DNA of 64,000 nucleotides from Bacteroidota bacterium (GTDB taxonomy: Bacteria > Bacteroidota > Ignavibacteria > UBA10030 > UBA6906): assembly GCA_046160825.1 (NCBI GenBank), contig JBJXHC010000051.1:4487-68486 (forward strand), written 5' to 3'. A program made the position numbers and the translations under genes. Below, piece by piece: positions 46,473 to 57,837 of the stretch; the stretch's first letter is position 1; each line of letters begins with the position of its first letter. Below the pieces are notes generated by a model. The model was given only the letters and a program-made list of their open reading frames with translations. It was not told the DNA's origin and searched no databases.

Positions 46473-47168
46473 TTATAAATTTGTAATGACAAGTTTCTTA
46501 TCGTCAAGGCCGATTCTGTCAATACCATCGAATGAAATACCAACAACACGGCTATTTGTTAAGGCTTTTCTATTTGCCATTTCCACTTCTCCGGAGATAT
46601 CTCCGCCCTTCATTGCCAATAACGCCGGTAATTGAAATGATTCTCCGGTCCTAATTAATCTGAGACTGTACGATGAATGTCTGGCGAATGGCTTTGACCA
46701 GGCAACAAGCTCGTGCAATGGCGCGACGGCCCTTGCAAGGCTAATATCAAATGACTGGCAAAGGTCGGGATTTTTCTTCAGTTCTTCAGTTCTCCCGGAC
46801 ATGGCAGAGACATTCGGCAATGCAAGGTTCATGAGCATATCACTAACAGCATTGATCTTTTTTTTGACAGAGTCGACAAGGACAAAAGAAATGTCGGGCC
46901 TTGCTATCGCGAGCGGTATCCCGGGAAGGCCACCACCAGTACCAATATCAATAATTCGAATGCCGGCCGGAAGGTCCACAATAAAAAGCAATGCAAGAGA
47001 ATGAATAATGTGCGATCCCCAAACATCATCATTTGCCCTTGAAACGAGATTAATTTTTGAGTTCCAAGCGAGAAGCTGGTCAACATATTGGGAAAGAAGC
47101 TGAGTCTGATCCTCTGTTAATGAAACACCATTACCACTAAGTATTTTGAAGGCCGATGCTTTGTCCAA
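46473..47168 (-). CDS. rsmG: 16S rRNA (guanine527-N7)-methyltransferase RsmG (GidB)
   Basis: 231 aa; GidB family SAM-binding DIGTGGGLPGIPLAI; immediately downstream of mnmG. Confidence 0.9.
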   Translation of the reverse strand: MDKASAFKILSGNGVSLTEDQTQLLSQYVDQLLAWNSKINLVSRANDDVWGSHIIHSLALLFIVDLPAGIRIIDIGTGGGLPGIPLAIARPDISFVLVDSVKKKINAVSDMLMNLALPNVSAMSGRTEELKKNPDLCQSFDISLARAVAPLHELVAWSKPFARHSSYSLRLIRTGESFQLPALLAMKGGDISGEVEMANRKALTNSRVVGISFDGIDRIGLDDKKLVITNL

Positions 47169-49070
47169 TCAGATGCTTTCACGTGAAACGTAACCGCGAA
47201 CTGCTATCATCAAAAGAGAGAGATCGGCGCTGGTGACCCCGCTTATTCTAGAGGCCTGTCCTATTGTCGTTGGTCTTATACGGCTCAATTTCTCCTTGCC
47301 TTCGGTGCTAAGTGATTTTACATCTGAGAAAGTAAAGTGCTTGGGGATTTGCATTGACTCACTCTTGTCAAACTGTGCGATCTGAACTCCTTGTCGTTTG
47401 ATGTATCCATCATACTTTATTTCAATCTCCACCCTCTCCCTTATTTGCTTTGTCGATAGAGCATCACGCAGGTAATCAGGTATGGATAATCTTGAGATGA
47501 TACTCTCAATATTCACTTCTGGTCGACGGAGCAACTGAGCTGCGCTAACTGGTTCGGAAACCTCTTGTGTTCTCATTGATGAAAGTAGAGGGTTGGCATC
47601 CTGGGGCTTGACGAATATACGCTCAAACTCGTGGACGGCAAGATTAATACTTGATTCCTTTTTCTCAAGATGCGATATCTGAGAATTCGATACCAACCCA
47701 ACCATATTTCCGCTCCGCATGAGCCTTGAGTCGGCATTATCCTGGCGAAGCAGAAGTCTGTACTCCGCCCTTGATGTGAAAATGCGATAAGGCTCTTCAG
47801 TTCCCTTGTTAATCAGATCGTCGATCATAACTCCAATATACGACTCGCTTCGCTTCAGAATGAACGAACTGGCGTTCTTCACTTTCAGAGCAGCATTGAT
47901 TCCTGCCATCAAACCCTGGGCTGCGGCTTCTTCGTAGCCACTGGTTCCATTTATTTGTCCGGCGAGGAATAGTCCGGAGACCAACTTCGTCTCAAGCGTG
48001 CTGTACAACTGATGCGGAGGAACAAAGTCATATTCAACTGCATACCCGGGACGTAGGATCACAGCACGCTCCAAACCTTGAACAGTGTGGAGAGCCTTCT
48101 CCTGGACGTGGTCTGGAAGGCTTGTTGAAAAGCCGTTTACATATACAATTCTTGATTCATATCCTTCTGGCTCAAGAAATATCTGATGTCGTTCTTTGTC
48201 AGCAAAGCGATTGACCTTATCCTCAATCGAAGGACAATACCTTGGTCCAACACCCTTGATCCTCCCGGTGAACATTGGCGACTGCTCAAACCCATCCTTC
48301 AAAGCCACATGCGTAGCACCGTTCGTGTAAGTAAGGAACATTGGAATTTGAGTGTTTGATATGCTATGATTACTGAACGAAAATGGCTGCGGCTCCAGTT
48401 CGGGAAGTTGTTCCTCGGTAACTCCAAAGTCTATTGTGGAAATATCTATTCTGGGCGGAGTACCGGTTTTCAATCTTCCAAGCTGCAGCCCGAGCTTGGC
48501 AAGCATACTGGATAGGCCATGGGCCGCTGGTTCGCCGAATCGACCCCCAGCTGACTGCTTAAGTCCTGTATGCATCAAACCGCCCAAGAATGTGCCACTG
48601 CAAATTACCAATGCCTTGCAGCTGTACTCAACCCCAGCTCCTGATTCTATTCCAACAATGGCTTGGCCATCGGTCAATACATTTTCAACCGTGTCCTTTA
48701 CAACGCACAAACTATCCTGATTTTGAACTCTTCTTATTGCCTCTCTGCTGTACCAATCGCGGTCGCTTTGGCACCTTGGCGACCATATTGCCGGGCCTTT
48801 TGACCTGTTCAGCATTCTAAAGTGAATACCGGTAGCATCGGCGATCTTACCCATTTCACCACCCAGCGCGTCAATTTCGCGAACCAAATGTCCTTTTGCA
48901 GAGCCACCAATAGCAGGGTTACAAGACATTCTGCCTATTGCGGCGGGATCCATGGTGAATAGCGCTGTCGAGCACCCAATACGCGATGCCGCAAGGGAGG
49001 CCTCAATACCTGCATGGCCGCCACCAATAACTATGACGTCGTACTGATTCTTGCTTTGGCTTCGTTGCAC
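47169..49070 (-). CDS. mnmG: tRNA uridine 5-carboxymethylaminomethyl modification enzyme MnmG (GidA)
   Basis: 633 aa; FAD-binding [15 protein letters not shown] and conserved MnmG body. Confidence 0.95.
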   Translation of the reverse strand: MQRSQSKNQYDVIVIGGGHAGIEASLAASRIGCSTALFTMDPAAIGRMSCNPAIGGSAKGHLVREIDALGGEMGKIADATGIHFRMLNRSKGPAIWSPRCQSDRDWYSREAIRRVQNQDSLCVVKDTVENVLTDGQAIVGIESGAGVEYSCKALVICSGTFLGGLMHTGLKQSAGGRFGEPAAHGLSSMLAKLGLQLGRLKTGTPPRIDISTIDFGVTEEQLPELEPQPFSFSNHSISNTQIPMFLTYTNGATHVALKDGFEQSPMFTGRIKGVGPRYCPSIEDKVNRFADKERHQIFLEPEGYESRIVYVNGFSTSLPDHVQEKALHTVQGLERAVILRPGYAVEYDFVPPHQLYSTLETKLVSGLFLAGQINGTSGYEEAAAQGLMAGINAALKVKNASSFILKRSESYIGVMIDDLINKGTEEPYRIFTSRAEYRLLLRQDNADSRLMRSGNMVGLVSNSQISHLEKKESSINLAVHEFERIFVKPQDANPLLSSMRTQEVSEPVSAAQLLRRPEVNIESIISRLSIPDYLRDALSTKQIRERVEIEIKYDGYIKRQGVQIAQFDKSESMQIPKHFTFSDVKSLSTEGKEKLSRIRPTTIGQASRISGVTSADLSLLMIAVRGYVSRESI

Positions 49071-49076
49071 GTGAAA

Positions 49077-50438
49077 CTACTTCCCTATACAAAATGAGCC
49101 GAAGACCCTGTTTAGGATGTCATCAGTTGTGATCTCTCCGGTGATTTCAGAGAGCGAGTTCATCGCAGATCTAATGTCTGCGGCTGCCAGCTCCGTTGAC
49201 CTTTGAGAATCTATAGATGAAAGCGCAGCCTTCAGTGAGTTTACCGACGATGAAAGGGCTTCATAGTGTCTTAGACTTGAAATTTCAACATCTGATGTTG
49301 CAATCCGGTCCGATGAAACAAGTCTTGAGAGTGATTTTTTTAGGGTAGGAATTCCTGCCCCAGTCTTTGACGAGACGGCCACCTTATCGTCAAGGATCTG
49401 GCGATCATGCTCGTGACTGCTGAGTAAGTCTATCTTGTTGAGAACCGTCAAGGACTTCTGCTGAGAGTGGGGGTCCTTTGTCGTGATGGAGCCCGGAATA
49501 TCGGTGCAGTCAATAACGGTTACAATAATATCTGAACTTTCAATATAGTCATGTGTTCTTTTGATACCTTCAACCTCCACCGGATCTTCCGAGGTCCTGA
49601 TCCCAGCCGTATCAATAAGACGAAAAAGTACACCATCTATTTGAATTGATTCTTCTATTGTGTCCCTTGTTGTACCCGCGATATGTGTTACAATTGATCT
49701 GTCTGAATTCAACAGGGCATTGAAAATACTCGATTTGCCTACATTGGGTTTTCCGATAATGGCAACGGTTACGCCTTCCCTATGTATTCTCCCTTGATCA
49801 AACGACTGGATTAACGATTCGATTCTTGTGATTACATTATTCAGGCGTTCAGAGATGGCATCCTTGCTCGAAATTTCCACTCCCTCATCAGAAAAATCCA
49901 ACTCCAGCTCCAATAACGCACATATATCCAAAAGCTCTTGCTTGATTGATTCGACACAATCACTCAGTTTCCCGCGGAGCTGGTCCATTGATGTACTGAT
50001 GGATCTTTTACTTTTTGCGGAAATGATGTTTGCAACTGCCTCGGCTTGTGCCAGATCGAGCTTGCCATTGAGGAATGCACGTTTGGTGAACTCTCCCGGA
50101 TCTGCCTGTCGTACTCCTCGCGAGAGTACAGACTCCAAAACTTGCTGTGACATCACCGTGCCACCGTGACAACTAATCTCCAGTAGATCTTCGCCTGTAT
50201 ATGAGTGTGGGGATCGAAAAACCGAAACAAGCACCTCGTCAATGACTTTACCGCTTTGCGTGATAAGATGCCCAAGATGAATAGTATAGCCGGCTGCATC
50301 CGAGAGTGTGCGCTTGCCTTGAAAGATGGGATCGATAAGACTGAACGCAAGGGGTCCGCTGACACGCACGACAGAAATAGCCCCTTCACCCATGGCTGTT
50401 GATATGGCCCCGATGGTGTCATCGCCCCGAAGTTTCAT
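49077..50438 (-). CDS. mnmE: tRNA modification GTPase MnmE (TrmE)
   Basis: 453 aa; G-domain [19 protein letters not shown] motifs; C-terminal CIGK. Confidence 0.95.
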   Translation of the reverse strand: MKLRGDDTIGAISTAMGEGAISVVRVSGPLAFSLIDPIFQGKRTLSDAAGYTIHLGHLITQSGKVIDEVLVSVFRSPHSYTGEDLLEISCHGGTVMSQQVLESVLSRGVRQADPGEFTKRAFLNGKLDLAQAEAVANIISAKSKRSISTSMDQLRGKLSDCVESIKQELLDICALLELELDFSDEGVEISSKDAISERLNNVITRIESLIQSFDQGRIHREGVTVAIIGKPNVGKSSIFNALLNSDRSIVTHIAGTTRDTIEESIQIDGVLFRLIDTAGIRTSEDPVEVEGIKRTHDYIESSDIIVTVIDCTDIPGSITTKDPHSQQKSLTVLNKIDLLSSHEHDRQILDDKVAVSSKTGAGIPTLKKSLSRLVSSDRIATSDVEISSLRHYEALSSSVNSLKAALSSIDSQRSTELAAADIRSAMNSLSEITGEITTDDILNRVFGSFCIGK

Positions 50439-50488
50439 GAGGCAAAATTACGGATTTCCTCTTTGACTCGCAACGCGCACCAATGAAT

Positions 50489-50526
50489 CAAAAAAATGAA
50501 AAAGCCCGTCAACAATCGACGGGCTT
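50489..50526 (-). terminator. rho-independent terminator downstream of yidC (9-bp stem aagcccgtc/gacgggctt, 7-nt loop, then TTTTTCATTTTTTT on the minus strand)
   Basis: Hairpin and U-tract read directly, 27 bp after the yidC stop. Confidence 0.6.
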
Positions 50527-50552
50527 CACGGCTACCTCAATGAACCTTGCGC

Positions 50553-52373
50553 TTATCTCTTGCCGAACTTCGGAAGGTCTTTGGAGAGTCTTCCCATTAT
50601 TCCTCCCGAATGTTTCTTCGGATCAACTTTGCGCAATGGCTCGTCGCCATGCTTCTTGTTGACCCACGATTGCTGAATAATGGAAAGAAGGTTGAAGACA
50701 AAGTAGTAGAGGTTCAGTCCGGAGGGAAAACTGTTGAATAACAACGTCATCATAACCGGCATCATCCACACCATTGCTTTCTGACGCGGGTCGGTCACTG
50801 TCATTTTTTGCTGTATGAACATGGTTACACCCATGGCGAGAGCGAGCCCCGAGAGACTGACGATTTGAAAGAGGGGAATCGTAAAAGGGAGCTTTACAAT
50901 TTCATCCGGGACAGAGAGATCGGTGATCCAAAACATGAAGCTCGCCTGGCGCAATTCTATGGATGAACTGAACACAGAGTACAACGCAAAGAGGATGGGC
51001 ATCTGGAGAAGGAGAGGGAGACACCCCGATGCCGGGTTGACGCCATACTCCTTGTACAGATTCATGATCTGTTGGTTCATCTTCTGGGGATCGTCTTTGT
51101 GCTTTTCGCGGATCTCGGTCATCAGTGGCTGAAGGGCCTGCATCTGCTTCATGGATTTCATGCTGGTCTTTGTCAGCGGGTGCAACACAATCTTGATAAT
51201 GATGGAAAAGACGATGATGACAAAACCAAAGTTCGGGATGAACATCCGGAGAAATCCCAACAACGGCAAGAGGACATACTTCGAGATTGGGCGAATGATC
51301 CACGCCGGGCCAAGGCTGATGATTTCATCAATGTTTTTGCCGTACGACTGGATAACATCAATGTCGAGCGGACCCAGAAATACTGTGAATGTTGCAGACT
51401 CTGAAGCTGAATTAAGCAATGGCATCTTCACTGCAAGGGCGTACGATTCCCGTACTCCTTTGTCGGGCTGATTGACCCGATGACCCTGCAGGAGTGCCCC
51501 GCGGCTCTTGCTTTCATCGGGGATCATAACAACGGCGAAATATTTGTTACGCGCCGCCACCCAGCTTGTAGACCCTTCAATATCGACATCCGGGGTCTGT
51601 GCCACATCTGCTGCATCTATCTCGGCAAGTTCGCCGCCGGAGTAGGCAAAGGCCTTTGTTGAGTTGGATTCATCAACACTATTGTGCTCGGCGTAGCGCA
51701 GGCCAGTTTCCCATAATACTTGATACTCGTAGTTGGCAATGACATCGCCGACATTCTGGAACTTGAATGCCGCATCGAAAGAATATTTCCCGTTTGTAAA
51801 TGTCATTTGCTTCACAATGGATTTGCCGGGAGCTATCTCCAGACGAAGCTCCACGGTGTACGATTCATCGTTACGCAATTCAACCGTCTTCCAGGTTGGG
51901 AAGTCGGCCAAGAATGTGAGGTGTCGCGTGTTGATGAGTTTTCCATCAGAGGAGGTAAACAGCAGGCTGAAGTCTCCGCCCTGTTCATAATCAACAATGT
52001 TGACCGGATACTTATCCCAGGTGAAATACTTCGTCAGTTCCCACTTTCGAATCAGACCGCCGTGTGTGGAAACCTCGGCCGTGTAGAGATCGGTTTTGAT
52101 TATGAGTCTCCGTTCGGGCCCGCCTACGAGATGGGAAAAATATTTGCCGCTTGTGTCCTTTTCTACACTCCCGATCGTAGGGCTCTTCACTGGTTCCGAC
52201 TCCACGCGGTCCTTCAATGCAGAGTGTGGCGTTCCCAGGCTATCCGCTTGTCGAGGGATACTCCGTGACGGTTCAGGGGGGGCCTGAACCCACATCCACA
52301 CCATGAGAACAATACCTATAAGAATGAAACCGAATACCGTCTGCTTATCCATGTAGAACAATCTCCAGAACAA
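50553..52373 (-). CDS. yidC: membrane protein insertase YidC
   Basis: 606 aa; N-terminal TM, large periplasmic domain, C-terminal 5-TM insertase core with a basic tail. Confidence 0.9.
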   Translation of the reverse strand: MFWRLFYMDKQTVFGFILIGIVLMVWMWVQAPPEPSRSIPRQADSLGTPHSALKDRVESEPVKSPTIGSVEKDTSGKYFSHLVGGPERRLIIKTDLYTAEVSTHGGLIRKWELTKYFTWDKYPVNIVDYEQGGDFSLLFTSSDGKLINTRHLTFLADFPTWKTVELRNDESYTVELRLEIAPGKSIVKQMTFTNGKYSFDAAFKFQNVGDVIANYEYQVLWETGLRYAEHNSVDESNSTKAFAYSGGELAEIDAADVAQTPDVDIEGSTSWVAARNKYFAVVMIPDESKSRGALLQGHRVNQPDKGVRESYALAVKMPLLNSASESATFTVFLGPLDIDVIQSYGKNIDEIISLGPAWIIRPISKYVLLPLLGFLRMFIPNFGFVIIVFSIIIKIVLHPLTKTSMKSMKQMQALQPLMTEIREKHKDDPQKMNQQIMNLYKEYGVNPASGCLPLLLQMPILFALYSVFSSSIELRQASFMFWITDLSVPDEIVKLPFTIPLFQIVSLSGLALAMGVTMFIQQKMTVTDPRQKAMVWMMPVMMTLLFNSFPSGLNLYYFVFNLLSIIQQSWVNKKHGDEPLRKVDPKKHSGGIMGRLSKDLPKFGKR

Positions 52374-52404
52374 CCATTGTTAACCAGCCTGCACAGAAAC
52401 TCTT

Positions 52405-52614
52405 TCAGGCCGGATCATATCCTCCCGGATGGAGTGGGTGGCATTTCATGATGCGACGAATTGCGCGAAGAAGACCGGAAAGCGCGCCATGTTTTCGCAT
52501 TGCATCAATTGCATAATGTGAACACGTTGGATAAAATCGACATGTGTTTTGGGGGAGGAGAGGAGAGATGACGATCTGATATAGCCTAACAAGCCAGATT
52601 GCAAGCGAAGTCAT
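52405..52614 (-). CDS. yidD: membrane protein insertion efficiency factor YidD
   Basis: 69 aa; [11 protein letters not shown] motif characteristic of YidD. Confidence 0.85.
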   Translation of the reverse strand: MTSLAIWLVRLYQIVISPLLPQNTCRFYPTCSHYAIDAMRKHGALSGLLRAIRRIMKCHPLHPGGYDPA

Positions 52615-52617
52615 TAG

Positions 52618-53004
52618 TTAACGCTTCTCGATCTTGCTACACACCGCCGCTAAATCATCGTGGATCATCAGATATGTCACTCTTCTTGCTTCCTGTAGCC
52701 GATTTCCTCGGTAGGCAACCACGAAGTGAAGATTTGTATTCCTTGCGGTGGACAATTGTACGAGACGCCTCGATACTGTGCGCAGGGCTTCGCGCATCCG
52801 TCGCTTCACATGGTTTCGCTGCACTGCATTCAGGCTGCGATCAACAATTGCTACGCCGGTTGAAACCCCTGCTGCGATGCCAGCCTGCCACAGACAATAA
52901 CACCTGACTAATTGACCATCGGTACGTTTGCCCGAAAGAAAAACTGTTCGAAAGGCTTTTGATCCACGCAAGGCTCGAATATTCTTCACATTGCAACCCG
53001 GCAT
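52618..53004 (-). CDS. rnpA: ribonuclease P protein component
   Basis: Basic ~120-aa protein in the canonical rpmH-rnpA-yidD-yidC order; RNR-like basic motif (KRRMREALR). The true start may be internal. Confidence 0.8.
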   Translation of the reverse strand: MPGCNVKNIRALRGSKAFRTVFLSGKRTDGQLVRCYCLWQAGIAAGVSTGVAIVDRSLNAVQRNHVKRRMREALRTVSRRLVQLSTARNTNLHFVVAYRGNRLQEARRVTYLMIHDDLAAVCSKIEKR

Positions 53005-53015
53005 TCACGCCGTTG

Positions 53016-53162
53016 CTATCGCTCGTCGCTTACGGTCAGTTTCTTTCGGCCCTTTGCGCGTCTCCGTGCAAGAACATTCCGGCCGTTTTTTGTTGCCATG
53101 CGGGCTCGAAACCCATGCGTGTTTCTTCGTTTTCTATTGTGCGGCTGAAACGTACGCTTCAT
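53016..53162 (-). CDS. rpmH: 50S ribosomal protein L34
   Basis: Below the 60-aa cutoff of the ORF track. Hand-translating the minus strand gives [48 protein letters not shown] (48 aa), a near-consensus L34. Confidence 0.9.
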   Translation of the reverse strand: MKRTFQPHNRKRRNTHGFRARMATKNGRNVLARRRAKGRKKLTVSDER

Positions 53163-53480
53163 TTTCTATTGCTCCTACGTTTGGATGACACACCAAGAAG
53201 GGTATTGATAGGGGAGTTAAGGTACGGAAATATCACTAGAGACACAACAAATTTTCTTGTGTGCGCCCTTGCGTCGTGAGTTTACTTGTGTTATCATCTT
53301 TTGTGTAAAGATTGCTGCCGTTCCGTGTTGACAACTTGTTCACATCGCAACAGGGGTAACCGGATTAGTTCTGGCCTGTGAATAAAACACACCGTCTCTC
53401 GTGCTTCCTTCTCGTCTTATGTTATGTTCTTGCCTTGATTTTAAGTGCGTTTCTCGGTTTCTAACTTATCGGCTTTCGTG

Positions 53481-53573
53481 TGTTGATAAGAAACTTGTCG
53501 GCTTACTTCTTGTCTCTGTTCAATCTATTTGTGGGTAATGGTGTGGATAAACAACGGTCTTTGTGTGGATATC
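53481..53573 (+). promoter_or_regulatory. cluster of four same-orientation DnaA boxes upstream of dnaA
   Basis: TGTTGATAA (53481), TGTGGGTAA (53530), TGTGGATAA perfect consensus (53542), TGTGGATAT (53565); 30-125 bp upstream of the dnaA start. Confidence 0.6.
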
Positions 53574-53605
53574 ATTGTAACGTCAAGGCAGAGAGGTTCT
53601 TATAG

Positions 53606-55063
53606 ATGGAAACTATTCAACAGATCTCCAGCGTCACCTCCGAGGTTGAACAGGGCCGCGTAGCATGGCTGGCCTGTCTCGGTGTCATTCGAGAGAGCGT
53701 AAACACGCAGAGTTTCAAAACCTGGTTCGAGCCTATAGAGTCAATTTCTCTGGCTGGTGGAAAACTCACGGTTCAAGTCCCCAGCCAATTCTTTTGCGAC
53801 TGGCTGGAAGAGCATTATTACGGACTTATTAATTCGACCGCTGCGCGTGTACTAGGCAAAGGGGCGAAACTCGAGTACGTCATCCGCACCGAGGACCCAA
53901 CCGTCGGAGAGGATGTACGCGTTGTTCCCAACATGAAAAAGGGGTTCCCTCAACAACCGGAATCCTTTATTCTCTCTACCGGTAGTAGAACATCTCACAG
54001 CGGTGAAGAACAGCAACTCGCTCCATACCAAAGTTTCCTGAACCCCCGTTATACATTTGAAAACTTTATCAAGGGTGATAGCAACCAGTTGGCAAGGGCA
54101 GCCGCGTCTGCCGTGGCGAATAATCCTGGGGGAACATCATTCAACCCGTTGGTGATCTATGGTGGCACCGGCTTGGGCAAAACCCATCTCATGCAATCCA
54201 TTGGGAACTATGCCCTGACCAACGGCAAGGCACGCAGGGTGATTTATGTTTCCAGCGAAAAATTCACCGTGGAATTCGTCGATGCCATTCAGAGTGATCG
54301 GATTAGTGATTTTTCCAGCTTCTACCGAAGCATGGATATTCTTATCGTCGATGACATCCAGTTCTTTTCCGGAAAGGAAAAGACTCAGGATAATTTCTTC
54401 CACACGTTCAACGAATTACACCAACTGGGCAAGCAGATTGTTCTCACATCGGATCGCCCGCCCAAGGAGCTGAAGGGCTTGGACGACCGGTTGCTTTCCA
54501 GGTTCCAGTGGGGACTTACTGCTGACATACAACCGCCCGACCTTGAGACCCGTATTGCCATCCTCCGGAAGAAGAGTGAGGATGATGGCATAGAGTTGTC
54601 ACAGGATGTTGTCGAATGTATTGCTGCCAACGTAACAACAAACATTCGGGAGCTTGAAGGGTGCCTTATCAGCTTGCTTGCAAAGGCTTCTCTGGAAGAG
54701 CGGGAGATAACCGTGGACCTTACTCGCGAGGTGTTACGCGTTGTTGTTGGTGATATCAAATCCCCGATCACGATTGAGGAGATCCAGCGTGTCGTGTGCG
54801 ACTATTTTGGGATTCCCCAGGATCTTATCCGCGCGAAAACGCGCAAACAGGAAATTGTCAACGCCCGACAGATTGCCATGTTTCTCGCCAAGGAACTTAC
54901 CAACTCTTCACTGAAAACAATCGGTTTGCACTTTGGCGGACGCGACCACAGCACTGTCATTCATGCGTATCAGTCAGTGGAAGATCAGATGAGACTCGAC
55001 CAAAAATATAATACGAATGTGCAACAAGTTCGGCGGCGCCTTGAACACCTCGGACGTGCGTGA
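53606..55063 (+). CDS. dnaA: chromosomal replication initiator protein DnaA
   Basis: 485 aa; AAA+ Walker A GGTGLGKTHL, sensor motifs, C-terminal HTH DNA-binding domain. Confidence 0.95.
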   Translation: METIQQISSVTSEVEQGRVAWLACLGVIRESVNTQSFKTWFEPIESISLAGGKLTVQVPSQFFCDWLEEHYYGLINSTAARVLGKGAKLEYVIRTEDPTVGEDVRVVPNMKKGFPQQPESFILSTGSRTSHSGEEQQLAPYQSFLNPRYTFENFIKGDSNQLARAAASAVANNPGGTSFNPLVIYGGTGLGKTHLMQSIGNYALTNGKARRVIYVSSEKFTVEFVDAIQSDRISDFSSFYRSMDILIVDDIQFFSGKEKTQDNFFHTFNELHQLGKQIVLTSDRPPKELKGLDDRLLSRFQWGLTADIQPPDLETRIAILRKKSEDDGIELSQDVVECIAANVTTNIRELEGCLISLLAKASLEEREITVDLTREVLRVVVGDIKSPITIEEIQRVVCDYFGIPQDLIRAKTRKQEIVNARQIAMFLAKELTNSSLKTIGLHFGGRDHSTVIHAYQSVEDQMRLDQKYNTNVQQVRRRLEHLGRA

Positions 55064-55542
55064 TGAAGTGCTCTCTATAACACCATGTGTTATAGGTCGT
55101 TAATTTTCCGGCTTCTTTTTGTGAACAACGCGTGTATTGGCTGGTGTGTTACTTGTGAATAGATGTGATATGCATGTGTATTACCTTCAAGGTTCCATGC
55201 GTGAGTGAGTATATACGTGGTTGATGTTAACAATAAATAGATTTTCCACATCTGGTGTATTCAAATCATTCTTGAAGTGAATGACACATAGTGTGTCCGG
55301 TTTTCTCTCAAAAATTTTCCAATATCAACATATCAACTTATGCACACCCTTATTACTAATCTTATATATATTCAATCTTGAAAATTCTTTTACTACTTAT
55401 AATATAATGTGACGTTTGAATCTCCAAATTATTCTAACAAATAATGATTTCGTTTAGTTGAAGTTGAGTGTAAAAATGGTTAATTTTCAAGGGTTTTGAA
55501 AGAGTTTTATTCCCCAAACCACCCACCCGAGGAGTGTATCGA
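55064..55542. other. putative oriC segment / DNA-unwinding element: ~470-bp AT-rich dnaA-dnaN spacer with degenerate DnaA boxes
   Basis: Local AT content ~70-75% against ~45% for the window. One-mismatch DnaA boxes TTTTCCACA (55243) and TTATGCACA (55339); short tandem ATATCAAC repeats at 55322-55340. Confidence 0.5.
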
Positions 55543-56661
55543 ATGAAATTTAGCGCAAACAGTTCTGATCTTTCGCGCGCGCTGGCAAAAGTCAACGCTG
55601 TTGTTCCCTCCAAATCTCCATCACCGATCCTCGAAAATGTACTCTTTGACCTTCTGAATGAGACACTGAATATTACCGCAACTGACATGGACATATCCCT
55701 TTCCGTTGCAATGCAAGTGAAAGCCGGCGAGGATGGAAAAATAGCCATCCCTGCAAAGCGCCTTCTGGACACGATCAGATCTCTCCCCGATACAGAAATA
55801 ATATTTATCATCGACACGACAACAAATAAAATAAAAATAACAACGAAGAACGGCGAGTATTCCCTTACGGGCGAATCAGCAAAGGATTATCCTATCTTGC
55901 CGCAGTTCAAGGGTATTGATGAACTCGTTCTTGACACATCAACGCTGAAGAAACTTATACACCGAACTGCATTTGCGGTAAGCACAGACGAACTTCGCCC
56001 GGCGATGATGGGAGTATTATTTCAATCAAAAGGAAATGAACTCCGAACGGTTGCAACAGATGGTCATAGACTCGTTAAGGTTGTTCAAAAACTTTCCAAA
56101 GCCTCATCCCTCAAGAGAGATATTATTGTTCCGGCAAAATCGCTCAGTCTCGTTTCAAGACTTCTGGAAACAGGGGACAATTCCGTTAGTGTTAGTGACA
56201 CACATATCAAAATAGCATTTGACAGAACCGTTCTTATATCACGCCTCATCGACGAAACATATCCCAACTATGAGAGCGTTATTCCGCAGGATAACACCAA
56301 AATGTTGACTGTAGTACGGGATAACATCATAGCGTCGCTCCGGCGGGTTGCACTGTATGCAAGCGCAACAACACACCAGGTACGGTTCGAACTTTCCAAG
56401 AACCAAATGAAGGTGAGCGCCCAGGATATAGATTTTGGCGGAGAGGCCAAGGAAACAGTTGAATGTGTGTATGACTCAGAGACGCTGGAAATCGGATTCA
56501 ACTCGATATATATGCTGGATATTCTCACGCACATGGAAGAAGAGAAGGTGGTGCTGAAATTTAGTACACCGACACGCGCAGGTATAGTTTCGCCAGCGAG
56601 TGCAAGTACAGCAGGGGAAGACGTCATGATGTTAGTTATGCCGGTGCGGCTCAACGTCTAA
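55543..56661 (+). CDS. dnaN: DNA polymerase III beta sliding clamp
   Basis: Three-domain clamp (~372 aa from MKFSANSS...). The longest ORF starts 9 bp earlier at 55534. Confidence 0.9.
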   Translation: MKFSANSSDLSRALAKVNAVVPSKSPSPILENVLFDLLNETLNITATDMDISLSVAMQVKAGEDGKIAIPAKRLLDTIRSLPDTEIIFIIDTTTNKIKITTKNGEYSLTGESAKDYPILPQFKGIDELVLDTSTLKKLIHRTAFAVSTDELRPAMMGVLFQSKGNELRTVATDGHRLVKVVQKLSKASSLKRDIIVPAKSLSLVSRLLETGDNSVSVSDTHIKIAFDRTVLISRLIDETYPNYESVIPQDNTKMLTVVRDNIIASLRRVALYASATTHQVRFELSKNQMKVSAQDIDFGGEAKETVECVYDSETLEIGFNSIYMLDILTHMEEEKVVLKFSTPTRAGIVSPASASTAGEDVMMLVMPVRLNV

Positions 56662-56715
56662 GGGGGAACGTCAGCCAGAAGGAGGCCGACCAAAGCGCCT
56701 TCGGCGGTACAGCGC

Positions 56716-57837
56716 ATGAAGGTTACGCATATACACCTCCGGAATTTTCGCAACCATAGCGACAGCGACCTGAGATTTTCCCCGGCGATCAATGTGCTTC
56801 TGGGAGAGAACGGTCAAGGCAAGACCAATATTATCGAGGCTATTTCATACATCAGCCTCACGAAGAGTTTTTACGGTGCAAGCGATGGCACCGTGCTGCA
56901 GATAGGAAGAGAATCGTTTGCGGTGGAGGAAGAGATAGAAACCGACGGCGGAAATGTGAATCACGTGTCGGTTTCTTTTTGCGCGGAGCCGGGAGAAAAG
57001 GATTTTTTGATTAACGGGATTAAGCCCGAAAGTCTGGCATCCGTTATCGGCAGGTTCCCGGTGGTCGTGCTCTCGCCGGAACACGGACGGGTCACGTTTG
57101 GAGGACCGGCAGACAGAAGGAAGTTCATTGATATAATTCTCTCACAACTCAGCAGATCTTACCTCACTGATTTGTTGGAGTATCGACGGGTACTGAGGCA
57201 GCGCAACAAGATCCTTACCGAGCAGCGCAATCGTGGGGCGTTGAACGCCGAGGTGCTCGCGTCGTGGAATACAGCATTAGCGGAACATGGAAGCAAAGTT
57301 ATTGTCAGGCGATTTCAGTTTGTGCAAGAGTTTGGGGAGTATGTTACTTCTGCTTACCGGCAAATAGCGGCACGGGATGAAGAGCCGGCGCTGATGTATA
57401 TGAGTTCCGTCGAGGCAGACCCAATAAGTTCCGTCGAACAGCGAATGTCAGAAGCGCTCGCCCGCAGGAAGGCAGAGGAGTTCAGGAGAGGCACCACGCT
57501 CGTAGGACCGCACCGCGACGACCTGCGTTTTTCGTTGAACGGCATGAATGTTCAGGAATATGCGTCGCAGGGGCAACATAAAACATTCCTGGTTGCGTTG
57601 AAGATGGCGGAGTTTTTTTATTTGAAGGAGAGGACGGCAGAGACACCAATCTTCCTGCTTGATGATGTGTTTAGTGAGCTGGACGAACAGCGGACGCGCA
57701 ACATCCTGGAAGTTATACAACACATCGGACAAACAATCATCACGAGTACGGACGAATCGGTGTTCCGGAAAGCCGTGGCGTGGGGAGATACCAACAGGAG
57801 ATTCCGCGTTGAAAAGGGGACAGTTAAAGCGGCATAG
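56716..57837 (+). CDS. recF: DNA replication and repair protein RecF
   Basis: 373 aa; Walker A GENGQGKTN, ABC-type signature and Walker B LLDDV. Confidence 0.9.
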   Translation: MKVTHIHLRNFRNHSDSDLRFSPAINVLLGENGQGKTNIIEAISYISLTKSFYGASDGTVLQIGRESFAVEEEIETDGGNVNHVSVSFCAEPGEKDFLINGIKPESLASVIGRFPVVVLSPEHGRVTFGGPADRRKFIDIILSQLSRSYLTDLLEYRRVLRQRNKILTEQRNRGALNAEVLASWNTALAEHGSKVIVRRFQFVQEFGEYVTSAYRQIAARDEEPALMYMSSVEADPISSVEQRMSEALARRKAEEFRRGTTLVGPHRDDLRFSLNGMNVQEYASQGQHKTFLVALKMAEFFYLKERTAETPIFLLDDVFSELDEQRTRNILEVIQHIGQTIITSTDESVFRKAVAWGDTNRRFRVEKGTVKAA

